The notes beneath the pieces are model-generated. The model was not told where the DNA came from. It ran no database searches and saw nothing but the letters and a program-made list of their open reading frames with translations. The position numbers and the translations under genes were made by a program. DNA of 42,175 nt from a virus: positions 1 to 42,175 of IMG/VR virus record IMGVR_UViG_3300045988_088856, one strand, 5' to 3'. Below, one piece after another: positions 41,904-42,175 of the stretch; positions within the stretch are counted from its first letter, which is position 1; each line of letters starts with the position of its first letter.

Positions 41904-42175
41904 ATGGCCATGGAAAGATTAACGCATAAAAGAGCCAATGGAATCAAAGAGGGGTACTGGTCCCCAAATAAGAAGCAGGAGCTAGTGGATACGCTGGCAG
42001 CATATGAGAATACCGGATTGACACCGGAACAGATTATAGAACTGAAATATCGAAACAACGAGGAAGAAATATCAGAAACACAATCCTATGGAGTGTATTT
42101 TTATGAATGTCCTATTTGTAATGAACCTGTGCATGAGAAAGATAATTTCTGTTGCAAATGTGGACAGAGGTTGAA
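41904..42175 (+). CDS. Zinc-ribbon hypothetical protein, runs through the circular junction (continues at 100-112)
   Basis: ATG lies 7 nt after GAGGAGG. The frame is open to the window end and closed by the TGA at 110-112 of the repeat-adjacent sequence. Confidence 0.6.
   Translation, partial: MAMERLTHKRANGIKEGYWSPNKKQELVDTLAAYENTGLTPEQIIELKYRNNEEEISETQSYGVYFYECPICNEPVHEKDNFCCKCGQRL
42077..42175. repeat. Terminal direct repeat, copy 2 (identical to 1-99)
   Basis: Exact 99-nt identity to the window start. Confidence 0.95.

Larger units (their letters stand above)
1..42175 (+). mobile_element. Complete circular temperate siphovirus-type phage genome (42,076-bp unit plus 99-bp overlap)
   Basis: The window holds full packaging, head, tail, lysis, lysogeny and replication modules. 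The two ends are identical over 99 nt, and one ORF reads through the junction. Confidence 0.85.

Noticed and set aside
1-42175. I looked for tRNA, rRNA, CRISPR arrays, and reverse transcriptase with template/variable repeats (a DGR) as an alternative tail-fibre diversifier.
   Set aside because: I saw no T-loop/acceptor-type tRNA structure, no regularly spaced direct repeats of CRISPR type, and no YxDD-type RT ORF. Diversification here is by inversion cassettes instead.

Overview
The window is a complete, circularly closed genome of a temperate siphovirus-type phage from a Gram-positive (Clostridia-like) host. Unit length is 42,076 bp, because nt 1-99 repeat exactly at 42077-42175. All family calls come from motif recognition by eye; no searches were run.

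Gene order on the + strand:
- small early/late-boundary genes (114-1219)
- an AT-rich moron (1455-2261)
- terS, terL, portal and a MuF-type head morphogenesis protein
- a small accessory cluster
- Prp protease, scaffold, major capsid, connector genes and major tail protein
- tail chaperone with a canonical -1 frameshift site, tape measure, Dit, Tal and baseplate/RBP genes
- XhlA and holin, then Ig-like structural genes, then an amidase endolysin
- a candidate attP

A minus-strand lysogeny module follows: large serine integrase, TM-HNH protein, ImmA-like protease and XRE repressor. Next come a Cro-like gene, a replication/recombination module (SMC-like ATPase, Sak4-like ATPase, DUF669-like protein, SF2 helicase, primase-helicase), an iteron/hairpin array, RusA and a radical-SAM protein.

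The most interesting signal is a shufflon-like multi-inversion system at 20434-22956.
- A 45-aa constant N-terminus of the receptor-binding protein is followed by one expressed and three silent, start-less C-terminal cassettes.
- Each cassette begins at a conserved ATTAAATGGGAATA-type crossover site. Site orientations are + - + -.
- A tyrosine recombinase gene is embedded between the cassette pairs.

Secondary candidates:
- two AT-rich, self-contained morons: a dCTP-deaminase-fold/3-TM fusion and a TM-anchored HNH nuclease between immA and int
- a MuF protein with a DUF6883-like C-terminal domain plus a DUF4926-like small ORF
- face-to-face consensus promoters with a six-copy operator array
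- Prp cleavage motifs on scaffold and capsid

No tRNA, rRNA, CRISPR array or reverse transcriptase was seen.
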